This document shows, in pieces, positions 49,781 through 59,095 of a DNA stretch of 64,000 nt (its first letter is position 1; each line of letters starts with the position of its first letter). Both the position numbers and the translations under genes were made by a program. Source of the stretch: Myxococcota bacterium (GTDB lineage Bacteria > Myxococcota_A > UBA9160 > SZUA-336); contig JBHHVJ010000010.1 of the NCBI GenBank assembly GCA_046754285.1, positions 15,317-79,316 on the forward strand, read 5' to 3'. The notes beneath the pieces were generated by a model. That model had not been told where the DNA came from, made no database searches, and saw only the letters and a list, made by a program, of their open reading frames with translations.

Positions 49781-50940
49781 CCGAGCCGATCCTCGAGCAG
49801 GAGCAGATCGACCAGCTCATCGAGGCGATCCACGAGGGCCGGATCGCGACCAAACCCGACTCGCTGGCGCACGTGGCGCAGGCGACCCCTCTCGACCTTC
49901 GCAATCCGAGCTGGAACCAGGATCGGATCATCCGGCGGCGGCTACCGGTGCTCGAGCTGGTCTTCGATCGTCTCGGCCCATCGCTCCAGGTGACCCTCAC
50001 GAAGGGGCTCCGCTCTCCGGTCCGCGCAGAAGGATCGAGCGTCGTGCTGCAGAAGTTCGGGGATTTCCGGAGGCAGTTCGATGGGCGCCGCTGCATCTTC
50101 CAGGTCGTACGGCTCGATCCACTGCGCGGCTACAGCATGGTCGTCATGTCCCCTACGCTCACCTATGCCCTGATCGACGCATCGATGGGAGGCCTGGGAA
50201 TCGCGGAGGTTCCCGAGGAACGGGAGATCTCGGACATCGAGGTCGGCCTGCTCTACCGGCCTTACATGGACCTGCTGCGCGACTTCGAGAACGCGTGGAA
50301 GAGCTGGTTTCCGCTGCGCGTCGAGAACGTGCGCAGCGATCGAGACAACCAGGTGTCCTCCACGCTCTCGGATGAGGAGATCTGCCACATCGGTACGATC
50401 AAGATCTCGGGTGACGTCCTTCCCACGTCTCCGATCCACTTCATCCTCCCCTACACCAGTCTGGAGCCGCTGCTCGAAGCGACATCCGCCCGCGCCGGAG
50501 ATGACGTGGACCCCAACTGGCGCGTGCATCTTCACCGGAGCCTGATGGACGTCGAGGCCGAGGCGACGGCGGTACTGGGCGAGACCGAGATCCCAGCCGA
50601 ACGGGTCCGAGCCCTCGCCGAAGGGGACGTCATCGAGCTCGATCATCGACCCGACCAGGACATCGACGTTCGCGTGGAAGGGGAACCGATCTTTCGTGGA
50701 AGGCTCGGCAAGAGCCATCTGAAGTACGCCGTTCGGATCAGCGGAAGGCGACGGGTCGAGAGAACACTCGTCGATCGAACCAACGGCCAGATCCTGGTGC
50801 GGAAGGGTCTGATCTCTCACGAGCAGCTCGCGGTGGCACAGGTGGATGAGCTGATCAACCGGCGTCCACTGCTCGATTCGATCGTGTCACGCGGCTGGGT
50901 GGAACGCCGTGTGCTCGAGGCCGCGCTCGGAATCGGCTAG
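49777..50940 (+). CDS. fliM: Flagellar switch protein FliM with extra C-terminal MshEN-like domain
   Basis: N-terminal ILEQEQIDQLI (CheY-binding-like), MGG.G, SpoA domain (GDVIEL..., GRLG), then about 55 extra aa. Confidence 0.88.
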   Translation: MTEPILEQEQIDQLIEAIHEGRIATKPDSLAHVAQATPLDLRNPSWNQDRIIRRRLPVLELVFDRLGPSLQVTLTKGLRSPVRAEGSSVVLQKFGDFRRQFDGRRCIFQVVRLDPLRGYSMVVMSPTLTYALIDASMGGLGIAEVPEEREISDIEVGLLYRPYMDLLRDFENAWKSWFPLRVENVRSDRDNQVSSTLSDEEICHIGTIKISGDVLPTSPIHFILPYTSLEPLLEATSARAGDDVDPNWRVHLHRSLMDVEAEATAVLGETEIPAERVRALAEGDVIELDHRPDQDIDVRVEGEPIFRGRLGKSHLKYAVRISGRRRVERTLVDRTNGQILVRKGLISHEQLAVAQVDELINRRPLLDSIVSRGWVERRVLEAALGIG

Positions 50941-50952
50941 GAGGAGAATCGC

Positions 50953-51243
50953 ATGCCCGAAGAAGCCAGCCCGACCACAGGTGAGGACAGCTTCGATCTG
51001 CTGCTGGACGTTCCACTCAAGATCTCGGCGGAGCTCGGCCGAACGCGGCTCCGCGTTCAAGAGCTCATCGAGCTCGGCCAGGGATCCATCGTGGAGCTGG
51101 ACCGGTTGATCGGAGAGCCCGTGGACATCCTGGTCAACGGCCGCCACATCGCCCTCGCCGAGATCGTCGTGGTCAACGATCGCTACGCCGTCCGCATCGT
51201 CTCGGTGAACAGCCCCACCGAGCGCGTCGAGTCGTTGGCATGA
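50953..51243 (+). CDS. fliN: Flagellar switch protein FliN
   Basis: LLDVPL.ISAELGRT, GSIVELD...GEPVDILVNG, EIVVVND.YAVRI. Confidence 0.94.
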   Translation: MPEEASPTTGEDSFDLLLDVPLKISAELGRTRLRVQELIELGQGSIVELDRLIGEPVDILVNGRHIALAEIVVVNDRYAVRIVSVNSPTERVESLA

Positions 51244-51704
51244 GATCGTTGGCGCCGATCGGCTTCCTGCTCGTGCTGCTCACCGCGGCACCCGCTCCGG
51301 CCGAGGAACCCCCAGCGGATCAGACGGTGGACGTCGCCAGCTTCCGATCCCCGACAGCCGCGCCCCTCGCCCGTCTGGCGCTCGCGGTGGCCGGAGTGGG
51401 CCTGGTCGGTCTCGCGCTGACCGCGTGGGCGCGCCGGCGCCAGCAGGGGCGAGGCGACGGGGGCGCTCGCATTCGGGTACTGGCCAGCCGCAGTCTCGGC
51501 CCGCGTCACCAGATCACCCTGCTCGAGGTCGGTGAGCACCGACTGCTCGTCGGCATGAGTCCGGACTCGATCGCGACGCTGGCGGATCTCAGCGGCGAGC
51601 TCGGCTTTGCGGATGCACTCGACCAGCGCGTGCCGATGCCAACGGAACAGGGACAGCGTGGCCTGCTCGACGTGATCGGCCGCTTTGAGGGGCTCGATGG
51701 CTAG
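51240..51704 (+). CDS. fliO: Flagellar biogenesis protein FliO
   Basis: TM followed by IRVLASRSLGPRHQITLLEVG...LLVG; position between fliN and fliP. Confidence 0.82.
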   Translation: MRSLAPIGFLLVLLTAAPAPAEEPPADQTVDVASFRSPTAAPLARLALAVAGVGLVGLALTAWARRRQQGRGDGGARIRVLASRSLGPRHQITLLEVGEHRLLVGMSPDSIATLADLSGELGFADALDQRVPMPTEQGQRGLLDVIGRFEGLDG

Positions 51705-52524
51705 CAGCCTGCGCCCATCGCCTGCTTCGCGGGCGGAGCCCTCCCGCGGGCTCGGCCGGCCGGGGGCCCTTCCCTTCTGCCTGCTGGCGGCCTTCGCGGC
51801 TCTGCTGCTCGCCGGCTTCGCCCAGGCTCAGACCCCCGATGCGGGAGTCCTCGGCCAGGCGGTCGCAGATCTCGAGAAGCTGACCGAGAACCCCTCGCGT
51901 CTGGCACCGGTGCTGCGCCTCGCGGTCTTGATGACGGTGCTCTCGCTGGCTCCCGCACTCGTCATGATGGTGACCTGCTTCGTGCGGGTCGTCGTCGTGC
52001 TCACGCTGCTGCGCCAGGCCATCGGCGTTCAGAACGTTCCTCCCACCCAGGTTCTCGTCGCGCTCTCGCTCTTCCTGACGATCTTCGTCATGCAGCCCAC
52101 TTTCGAGCAGGCCTATTCGACGGGCGTCGGACCGTTCCTGCGTGGGGAGGTCGAGGATGGCAGCGCGTTTGAGGCGAGTGTGGCGCCGTTCCGCAGCTAC
52201 ATGCTGCGGCAGACGCGTTCGCAGGACCTGTTGCTCTTCAACGAGATCGCCGAGCGCGAGGCACCGGAAACTCCGGACGAGCTGAGCCTCGCGGTGCTCA
52301 TTCCCGCCTACATGCTCAGCGAGCTCAGAACCGCCTTCCTGATCGGCTTCATGCTCTTCCTGCCCTTCCTCGTCATCGACATGGTGGTGGCCTCGACGCT
52401 TCTCTCGATGGGAATGATCGTGGTCCCGCCCATGATGATCGCGCTGCCGCTCAAGCTGATGATCTTCGTACTGGTCGACGGATGGAATCTGATCGTAGGC
52501 GCCATTGTTCGGGGGATCCTATGA
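51697..52524 (+). CDS. fliP: Export gate protein FliP
   Basis: LSLAPAL..M.T.F.R, PP.QVL..LSLFLT.FVM.P, LSEL.TAF.IGF..FLPFL.ID.VVAS.L.SMGM, FVLVDGW. Confidence 0.95.
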   Translation: MASSLRPSPASRAEPSRGLGRPGALPFCLLAAFAALLLAGFAQAQTPDAGVLGQAVADLEKLTENPSRLAPVLRLAVLMTVLSLAPALVMMVTCFVRVVVVLTLLRQAIGVQNVPPTQVLVALSLFLTIFVMQPTFEQAYSTGVGPFLRGEVEDGSAFEASVAPFRSYMLRQTRSQDLLLFNEIAEREAPETPDELSLAVLIPAYMLSELRTAFLIGFMLFLPFLVIDMVVASTLLSMGMIVVPPMMIALPLKLMIFVLVDGWNLIVGAIVRGIL

Positions 52525-52796
52525 CCATCGAGTTCGTTGTCGAAATCTATCGCGAGATGCTGCGGACGGCCGCGCTCGTCTCGGCGCCCATCCTGGGCGC
52601 CGCCATGATCGTGGGGCTGGGAATCTCGCTTCTCCAGACCGTGACGAGCATCCAGGAGCAGACGCTCACCTTCGTGCCGAAGATCCTGGCGATCACCATT
52701 ACGGTGGGCCTGACCCTGCCGTGGGTGCTCGCACAGCTCATGAGCTTTCTCAGCCTGATTCTGACGCACGCACCCGGACTGGTGCTGGCCCGATAG
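52521..52796 (+). CDS. fliQ: Export gate protein FliQ
   Basis: GL.ISLLQ.VTSIQEQTLTFVPKI, PW.L..L..F. Confidence 0.95.
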   Translation: MTIEFVVEIYREMLRTAALVSAPILGAAMIVGLGISLLQTVTSIQEQTLTFVPKILAITITVGLTLPWVLAQLMSFLSLILTHAPGLVLAR

Positions 52797-52808
52797 GCGT
52801 CGGAGCCC

Positions 52809-53549
52809 GTGCTGATTCTCTTCTCGCTCGTGCTCGCCCGCGTGGGAGGGCTCTTCATGGGCGCCCCGGTCTTCTCGGCCCAGGGGATGCCCCAGCGACT
52901 GAAGGCGATGATCGTTCTCGGCCTCTCGGCCGCGCTGCTTCCGGTCGTCCCTCCCGCGACGCTCCCCGAAGGGAGCTACGCGGTGCTCGTCGCCATGGTC
53001 GGCGAGCTCGCCGTGGGCTTCGCGATCGGTCTCCTCGCCCGCCTCTTTCTCACCGCCTTTCAGGTGGCGGGCGCGATGATCGCCTTCCAGATGGGCTTCG
53101 CGATGGCCAGGACCTTCGACATGAACAGCCGAGTCCAGGCCCCCGTGATCGCGACCGTGTATCTCCAGCTCGTTACCATCCTCTTCCTGCTCGTGGACGG
53201 GCACCACGTGCTGATCCGGAGCCTCGCCGCGAGCTACGAGACCTTCCCGCTGGGCGGTTCGCTTCAGGCCGGAGCGCTGAGCCAGACGCTGTTCACGGCG
53301 GGCGGCGCCATGTACGAGGCCGGTGCGCGCATCGCGGGGCCGGTCACGGGGCTGATGCTTCTGATCAACTCCCTGATGGGCCTGCTGAATCGCATCCTGC
53401 CCCAGCTCTCGATCTTCAACATCGGGTTCCCGCTCACCGTGATGAGCGGCCTGATCGCGATCACGTTCTCGATTCCCGAGGTCGTCCATTTTTTCGTGGC
53501 GGCCTACGCGGTCTTCGAGGATCAGATCATCGGAATCTTCGTGGGCTGA
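52809..53549 (+). CDS. fliR: Export gate protein FliR
   Basis: ARVGGLF...PVFS, AG..I.FQMGF, DGHH.LI..L..SY, PQL.IF..GFP. Confidence 0.93.
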   Translation: MLILFSLVLARVGGLFMGAPVFSAQGMPQRLKAMIVLGLSAALLPVVPPATLPEGSYAVLVAMVGELAVGFAIGLLARLFLTAFQVAGAMIAFQMGFAMARTFDMNSRVQAPVIATVYLQLVTILFLLVDGHHVLIRSLAASYETFPLGGSLQAGALSQTLFTAGGAMYEAGARIAGPVTGLMLLINSLMGLLNRILPQLSIFNIGFPLTVMSGLIAITFSIPEVVHFFVAAYAVFEDQIIGIFVG

Positions 53550-53552
53550 GCC

Positions 53553-54617
53553 GTGGCAGACGACGCCGAACGCACAGAGCAACCGACACCCAAACGCCGC
53601 GCCGAGGCCCTGCGCAAGGGCCAGGTCGCGGTCAGCGTCGAGCTATTCACCGTGGCAAACCTCATGGCGGTGACGCTCACGATGATGCTGATGGGCGTCG
53701 GCGTCGTACAGCGCGGAATGGCGACGTTCCGGACGCTCTGGCAGCCCCGGAACGAGCTCAGTCTGGCCGATGCCATGGAGCTTCTGGGCACGGCCTTCGG
53801 GGCCGGAGCGCACGTCGTGCTCCCGATCCTGATCGCGATCGTGACGGCGGTCGTTCTGGCCGGGCTCGCACAGACCCGCGGCAATGTCTCCTTCTACCGA
53901 CTCAAACCGCGCGCTTCCAAGATGAATCCGCTTCAGAATGTCAAGCGGATCATCCAGACCCAGGCCGTTCTGGAGCTCGCCAAGTCGGTGCTCAAGCTCA
54001 CCGTCGTGGGGGGAGTGATCTGGCTCGTCGTGGCCCGACACATCGGCGACTTTCCGGGTCTCTCGCGGCTTCCGCTGCTCGATATCATCGGCTTCCAGCT
54101 CGGTGTCGTGCTCGAAGCGTACCTCGCGGGCGTGCTCGCCCTGCTGCTCATCGCGCTCGGTGACTACGCATTTCAGCGCTGGAAGAACGAGAAGAGCCTG
54201 CGCATGACCAAGACCGAGGTGAAGGAGGAGCAGAGACAGTCGGAGGGAGATCCGCGCGTCAAGAGCCGGTTGCGAACCATCCAGTATGAGCGGGCGCGGA
54301 CCCGGATGATGGCAGAGGTCCCAAAGGCGGACGTCGTCATCACGAACCCTCGCCACCTTGCCGTCGCTCTGCTCTACAGGAGGGGTGAGATGGGCGCACC
54401 GAAGGTCGTGGCCAAGGGTGCGGGGCTGCTCGCCGCCCGAATCCGCGAGCTGGCCGAGGCGGCCGGGGTCCCCGTGCTGGAGAACAAGCCGCTGGCCCGG
54501 ATGCTGTACCGCTCCGTCAAGGTCGGGCAGAGCGTACCCGAGCGTCTCTACAAGGCCGTGGCGGAGGTACTGGCGCACGTCTATCGGCTTGATCGCTCAA
54601 GGGCTCGGGCATGGTGA
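53553..54617 (+). CDS. flhB: Export switch protein FlhB
   Basis: RTEQPTPKR..EA..KGQ, LRMTK.EVKEE..QSEGDP.VK, ITNPRH (NPTH variant), APKVVAKG. Confidence 0.94.
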   Translation: MADDAERTEQPTPKRRAEALRKGQVAVSVELFTVANLMAVTLTMMLMGVGVVQRGMATFRTLWQPRNELSLADAMELLGTAFGAGAHVVLPILIAIVTAVVLAGLAQTRGNVSFYRLKPRASKMNPLQNVKRIIQTQAVLELAKSVLKLTVVGGVIWLVVARHIGDFPGLSRLPLLDIIGFQLGVVLEAYLAGVLALLLIALGDYAFQRWKNEKSLRMTKTEVKEEQRQSEGDPRVKSRLRTIQYERARTRMMAEVPKADVVITNPRHLAVALLYRRGEMGAPKVVAKGAGLLAARIRELAEAAGVPVLENKPLARMLYRSVKVGQSVPERLYKAVAEVLAHVYRLDRSRARAW

Positions 54618-56689
54618 CGAAGGCAGAGGCGCAGCCGAAGGACGCGGGCCTCGGGGGGCAGATCGGCATCGGGCTCGGCGTGCTCGCGATCCTGGGGATC
54701 CTGCTGATCTCTCTTCCGCCGTTCGTTCTGGACCTCGGGCTCACCGTGAACCTCGCCCTGGCGCTCCTGATCCTCCTCGTGGCGCTCTACATCAAGTCGC
54801 CGCTGGAGCTCTCGGCTTTTCCCACGATCCTGCTGCTCGTCACGCTCTTTCGGCTCTCGCTGAACATCGCCTCGACGCGCTTGATCCTGCTGAATGGCGA
54901 CCGGGGACCGGCCGCAGCCGGGACGGTGATCCGTGCGTTCGGCGAGTTCGTCGTGGGTGGCGACTACGTCGTCGGCATCGTCATCTTCCTTCTTTTCGTC
55001 ATCATCAACTTCATCGTGATTACCAAGGGGTCGGGTCGGATCGCCGAGGTCGCGGCGCGCTTCACCCTCGATGCCATGCCCGGCAAGCAGATGGCGATCG
55101 ACGCAGATCTGAACGCCGGAACGATCGATGAGAAGGAGGCGCTCCGTCGCCGGCGCCAGATCCAGGAAGAGGCGGACTTCTACGGGGCCATGGACGGCGC
55201 CAGCAAGTTCGTCCGCGGCGATGCCATTGCCGGCCTGCTCATCACGGCGGTGAACATCCTCGGGGGCCTGGGCATCGGAACGCTGAGTCACGACATGTCG
55301 CTGGCCGAAGCGGCATCGACCTACACGCTGCTCACCGTTGGGGACGGACTGGTCTCCGCGGTGCCCTCCCTGCTCATCTCGGTCGGCGCCGGTGCGATCG
55401 TCACGCGCGCGGGGGACACCAGGGATCTGGGTGGGCAGCTCGCGGACCAGCTCTGGCGCAACGCCACCCCCCTGGCGCTCGGTGCGGGCGTGCTCGCGTT
55501 GCTGGCGCTGGTTCCAGGATTCCCGCACGTCGCTTTCGGCCTGCTCTCCGCCGGGCTCGCGCTGGGCGCCTACCGAATTCGGCTGGAGCAAGAGGTTCAG
55601 GCACGAGCCGAGGTACAGGCCAGCGAGCCGGAGGCGCAGCCTCCCGAGTCACCAATCGCCCTGCTTCGGCCGCCCGAGCCCCTGGAGCTGCAAGTGGGTC
55701 TCGGACTGATCGACCTGGTCGACCCCAAGAAGAACGGCGAGCTGCTCAATCGCATCCGATCCCTGCGACGTGACTTCACGGTTCGGATGGGCTTCCCCGT
55801 CCCGCTCGTGCACATTCGAGACAATCTCCGGCTCGGCGCGGAGGAGTACGCGATCCTGGTGCGGGGGGTCCAGCGCGGCAAGGGCATGGTCTTCGCCGAT
55901 CAGCTCCTCGCCATCGCCCCGCCCGGTGGCGGTCCCGGGCTCCCAGGCCTCGAGACCACGGATCCGACGTTTGGGCTGCGGTCTTTCTGGATCGACAAGG
56001 AGCTCAAGGATCAGGCGCAGGTCTCGGGCTACACCGTTGTGGATCCTCCGTCGGTGGTCGTGACGCACTTGACCGAGATGATCCGGCGCCACGCTCCGGA
56101 GTTGCTCGGCCGCCAGCAGGTCCAGGAGATGCTGGATGCGGTCTCCGCCACGCATCCGAAGCTCGTCAGCGAGATCGTTCCCGATGCCCTGCCGCTCGGC
56201 GGTGTTCAGAAGGTGCTTCAGAAGCTGCTGCGGGAGTCCGTCCCCGTCCGGGACCTCCCGACCATCCTGGAGGCCCTGGGCGACTACGCACCGAGCACTA
56301 AAGACCCCGAGCTGCTGACCGAACTCGTTCGTGAGCGGCTGGCCGCTCAGATCTCGGCGAACTTGGCGCCAGATGGCAGGCTGGGGGTGCTGGTGCTCTC
56401 TCCCGACATCGAGCAGACAATCAAGGAGTCGATCCAGCGCACGGAGCACGGTACCCTCATCACGCTCGATGCAACAACCATATCGAGAATCGTGGGGGCG
56501 ATCCGTGAGAAGGTCGAGCAGGTGAGCGTGCTACATCCCGATCCGACGATCCTCGCCTCACCGGAGGTTCGGCCACATCTGCGAAAGATCACGGAGCGAC
56601 TTCTCCCGCGAAGCATGGTGATCTCGGCCACCGAACTCGCGCCGGATGTCTCGGTCGAGTCGATCGGGATCATCGAGTTTCCGAGTTAG
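54611..56689 (+). CDS. flhA: Export protein FlhA
   Basis: FPTILL..TLFRLSLN, RIAEVAARFTLDAMPGKQMAIDADL, DFYGAMDGASKFVRGDA. Confidence 0.96.
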   Translation: MVTKAEAQPKDAGLGGQIGIGLGVLAILGILLISLPPFVLDLGLTVNLALALLILLVALYIKSPLELSAFPTILLLVTLFRLSLNIASTRLILLNGDRGPAAAGTVIRAFGEFVVGGDYVVGIVIFLLFVIINFIVITKGSGRIAEVAARFTLDAMPGKQMAIDADLNAGTIDEKEALRRRRQIQEEADFYGAMDGASKFVRGDAIAGLLITAVNILGGLGIGTLSHDMSLAEAASTYTLLTVGDGLVSAVPSLLISVGAGAIVTRAGDTRDLGGQLADQLWRNATPLALGAGVLALLALVPGFPHVAFGLLSAGLALGAYRIRLEQEVQARAEVQASEPEAQPPESPIALLRPPEPLELQVGLGLIDLVDPKKNGELLNRIRSLRRDFTVRMGFPVPLVHIRDNLRLGAEEYAILVRGVQRGKGMVFADQLLAIAPPGGGPGLPGLETTDPTFGLRSFWIDKELKDQAQVSGYTVVDPPSVVVTHLTEMIRRHAPELLGRQQVQEMLDAVSATHPKLVSEIVPDALPLGGVQKVLQKLLRESVPVRDLPTILEALGDYAPSTKDPELLTELVRERLAAQISANLAPDGRLGVLVLSPDIEQTIKESIQRTEHGTLITLDATTISRIVGAIREKVEQVSVLHPDPTILASPEVRPHLRKITERLLPRSMVISATELAPDVSVESIGIIEFPS

Positions 56690-56704
56690 CAGGGAAGGCC
56701 CAGC

Positions 56705-57916
56705 ATGCAGGTCAAGACCTTCGAAGCCGTGGACATGAAGCAGGCGCTCCAGCTCGTCAAACAGGAGCTGGGCCCCCGCGCGGTGATCGTATCCAGCCGG
56801 ACCGTGCGGCGCGACGGCGGAATGTTCGGCCTGCTCGGGCGCAAGGTTCTCGAGGTCACCGCGGCCGTGGAGGACGATCGCAAGGTGGAGCCCGCCACCG
56901 TCAAGGGGCCGCTCGCGCCCGATCTACCGGCCACGCCCCGCAAGCGCAGCGGCGGACGCTACCACGACATCTGGGCGGTGCGTCAGGCGGTGGATCCTGT
57001 CCTCGATGAGGTCCGGGCCCTTCGAGACCAGCTCACCTCGGTTGACGATCGGGCCGCAGCGGAGCCGCGCGAGCTGCGCTCGGACCTGGCCCAGATTCGC
57101 ACGCTGCTCTCTTCGCTGGTGGGCTCCGGAGCGCTGGCCCCCGACGCCGAAGGTACGGCGGCGCAGCGGCTGTTCTACTTCCTGCTGAGCCGCGGAATTG
57201 ACGAGCCTCTCGCACGCTCGTTGGTGCAACGCATCATCGCGCGCATCGATCCGGGCGGCCTCGGAAATCTGGAGCGGCTCAAGCTCAATCTCGCCGCTGA
57301 GATGCGCAGCGACCTGGTGCGCTGTGAACGTGGCAGCCCCCCGGGCCGCGTTCAGCTCTTCATCGGCCCGACGGGCGTGGGCAAGACGACGACGATCGCG
57401 AAGCTGGCGGCGCGCGCATCGCGGGACAGCGTCTTGATCATCACGACCGACGTGCACCGCGTGGCGGCGGTCGAGCAGATGATCCGCTTCGGAGAGATGA
57501 TCTCGGTGCCCGTCGAGGTGGCGATCAGTCCTGCGGATCTCGGCCGTGCCATCGCACAGGCAGAGGACCGGGACCGGATCTTCGTGGACACCGCCGGTCG
57601 CAGCCATCTTGACGCCTCCGGCCATCGAAGCCTGCAGGCCTTCGTCGAGGCTGCGGGCGAGGCCGAGCTCATGCTGGTCCTGGCCGCCACCACTCGGGCC
57701 GTGGACTCGCGTGAGATCCTCGACTTCTACTCGGATCTGCCCTTCTCTCGGCTCATTCTGACCAAGCTCGACGAGACGCGGGTCTACGGCGAGCTGTACA
57801 ACTGCATGGTACGGAGTGGGCGGCCGATCGCTTGCGTCACGCACGGGCAGGCCGTACCGGACCACCTCGAGTCGCTGGACATCGCCGGTGTGCTCCGGAA
57901 GGTGCTGCACGGATAG
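56705..57916 (+). CDS. flhF: SRP-type GTPase FlhF
   Basis: MQVKTFEA..M..AL..VK.ELG..AVI, GPTGVGKTTT.AKLAA, DTAGRS, TKLDET, GQ.VPD. Confidence 0.93.
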   Translation: MQVKTFEAVDMKQALQLVKQELGPRAVIVSSRTVRRDGGMFGLLGRKVLEVTAAVEDDRKVEPATVKGPLAPDLPATPRKRSGGRYHDIWAVRQAVDPVLDEVRALRDQLTSVDDRAAAEPRELRSDLAQIRTLLSSLVGSGALAPDAEGTAAQRLFYFLLSRGIDEPLARSLVQRIIARIDPGGLGNLERLKLNLAAEMRSDLVRCERGSPPGRVQLFIGPTGVGKTTTIAKLAARASRDSVLIITTDVHRVAAVEQMIRFGEMISVPVEVAISPADLGRAIAQAEDRDRIFVDTAGRSHLDASGHRSLQAFVEAAGEAELMLVLAATTRAVDSREILDFYSDLPFSRLILTKLDETRVYGELYNCMVRSGRPIACVTHGQAVPDHLESLDIAGVLRKVLHG

Positions 57917-57924
57917 GGGGCCGC

Positions 57925-58770
57925 ATGGGCCAGGATGCCGAAAGCTTTGTCGCGAAGGCCAAGGAGCTGCCCGTCATGCCGCCCGTGGCTGCCGAGGTCA
58001 TGAAGAAGGCCGAGGATCCCGAAACGGATCTCAAGTCGATCTCGACGCTGATATCCCGGGATGCGGCCCTCGCCGTTCGCGTACTCAAGATCGCGAACTC
58101 CTCTTTCTATTCCATGCCGCGCCGGATCGACTCGATCCAGCAAGCCATCGTGCTGCTGGGCTACTCGACGCTCCGCTCGGTGGTGGTGGCCGCGGCGATC
58201 AAGGACGTCTTCAGCCGCTTCGGCCTCGCCGAGCGACTGCTCTGGGAGCATGGGGTCGCGGGGGGCGTGGGCGCTGCCCTGCTGGCTCAGCAGGTCGGAG
58301 GCATCGCCCGGGAAGAGGCCTTCGTGGGAGGTCTGGTTCACGACATCGGAAAGCTCGTCATCTACTCTCAGGCCCAGGCTGACTATCAGAAGGTGCTGAC
58401 TGCGGTCTACAGCGAGGAGAAGGACTCCGTGAGCGCGGAGACCGAGGTTTTCGGCTTCGACCACACCCAGGTCGGCCGTCTGGTGCTCCACAAGTGGCGT
58501 TTGCCCGAGAGCCTGGCCGCCGCCGTGGGGGCCCACCACGATCTGGAGCGGGCGGGCAGCGTCGACGGTGCCCGTCCGCTGGCGGCCGTGCTCATGGTCG
58601 CCGATCGACTTTGCCTGCGGGAGGGCATCGGCCGCCGCAAGTCGGCGCCGGAGCTTGATCCATTCGCCTGTCCCGGTGGGGAGCTCCTCGGACTGACCGG
58701 CTCCGACATCGATGAGCTCGCTGGCCGTTTCGTCGAGACCTACGAGGAGGAGAGGAAGCTCTTCGGATGA
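57925..58770 (+). CDS. Stand-alone HDOD domain protein
   Basis: LP.MP, D.AL...VLK.ANS.FY, AIV.LG, LWEH, GLVHDIGKL, FGFDH..VG.....W.LP..L..AV..HH. Confidence 0.9.
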   Translation: MGQDAESFVAKAKELPVMPPVAAEVMKKAEDPETDLKSISTLISRDAALAVRVLKIANSSFYSMPRRIDSIQQAIVLLGYSTLRSVVVAAAIKDVFSRFGLAERLLWEHGVAGGVGAALLAQQVGGIAREEAFVGGLVHDIGKLVIYSQAQADYQKVLTAVYSEEKDSVSAETEVFGFDHTQVGRLVLHKWRLPESLAAAVGAHHDLERAGSVDGARPLAAVLMVADRLCLREGIGRRKSAPELDPFACPGGELLGLTGSDIDELAGRFVETYEEERKLFG

Positions 58771-59045
58771 ACGAGCTGCGCTTCATCACCGATCGGGTCA
58801 CGCCTGCCGAGGGAATCGTGCAGCGGATCCAGGATCGCCACGGCGGGAGGCCGCGCCAGCGTCCGTTCCCGCCGCTCCCGGGTGAAGAGGAGGCGGAGAA
58901 GCCGTCGGAACCGAACAGCGAGCGGACTCCCGAGCCTACACCGGACGACGGTGAGGAGCACCGGATCGACGTGCACGTACAGGGGTGGCTTCTGCCCACC
59001 CGGCAAGCATTTCCCCCCGCCGACCACGCCTTCGCGCTCCACTAG
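58767..59045 (+). CDS. Small hypothetical protein
   Basis: 92 aa; ATGA overlap with the HDOD stop suggests translational coupling; Pro/Glu-rich linker then RIDVHV. Confidence 0.55.
   Translation: MNELRFITDRVTPAEGIVQRIQDRHGGRPRQRPFPPLPGEEEAEKPSEPNSERTPEPTPDDGEEHRIDVHVQGWLLPTRQAFPPADHAFALH
58984..59014. promoter_or_regulatory. Two imperfect copies of the putative enhancer
   Basis: GGTGG-CTT-CTGCC (58984-58996; reverse complement begins GGCAGAAG as at flgB; centre 81 bp upstream of -24) and GGCAA-GCA-TTTCC (59002-59014). Confidence 0.45.
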
Positions 59046-59068
59046 AGGTCACACGGCGACAGAGGTGC

Positions 59069-59084
59069 TGGCACCTCCCTTGCA
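59069..59084 (+). promoter_or_regulatory. Sigma54 -24/-12 promoter of the flgF operon
   Basis: TGGCAC-CTCCC-TTGCA, consensus match. Confidence 0.85.
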
Positions 59085-59095
59085 CCCCTCACGGG

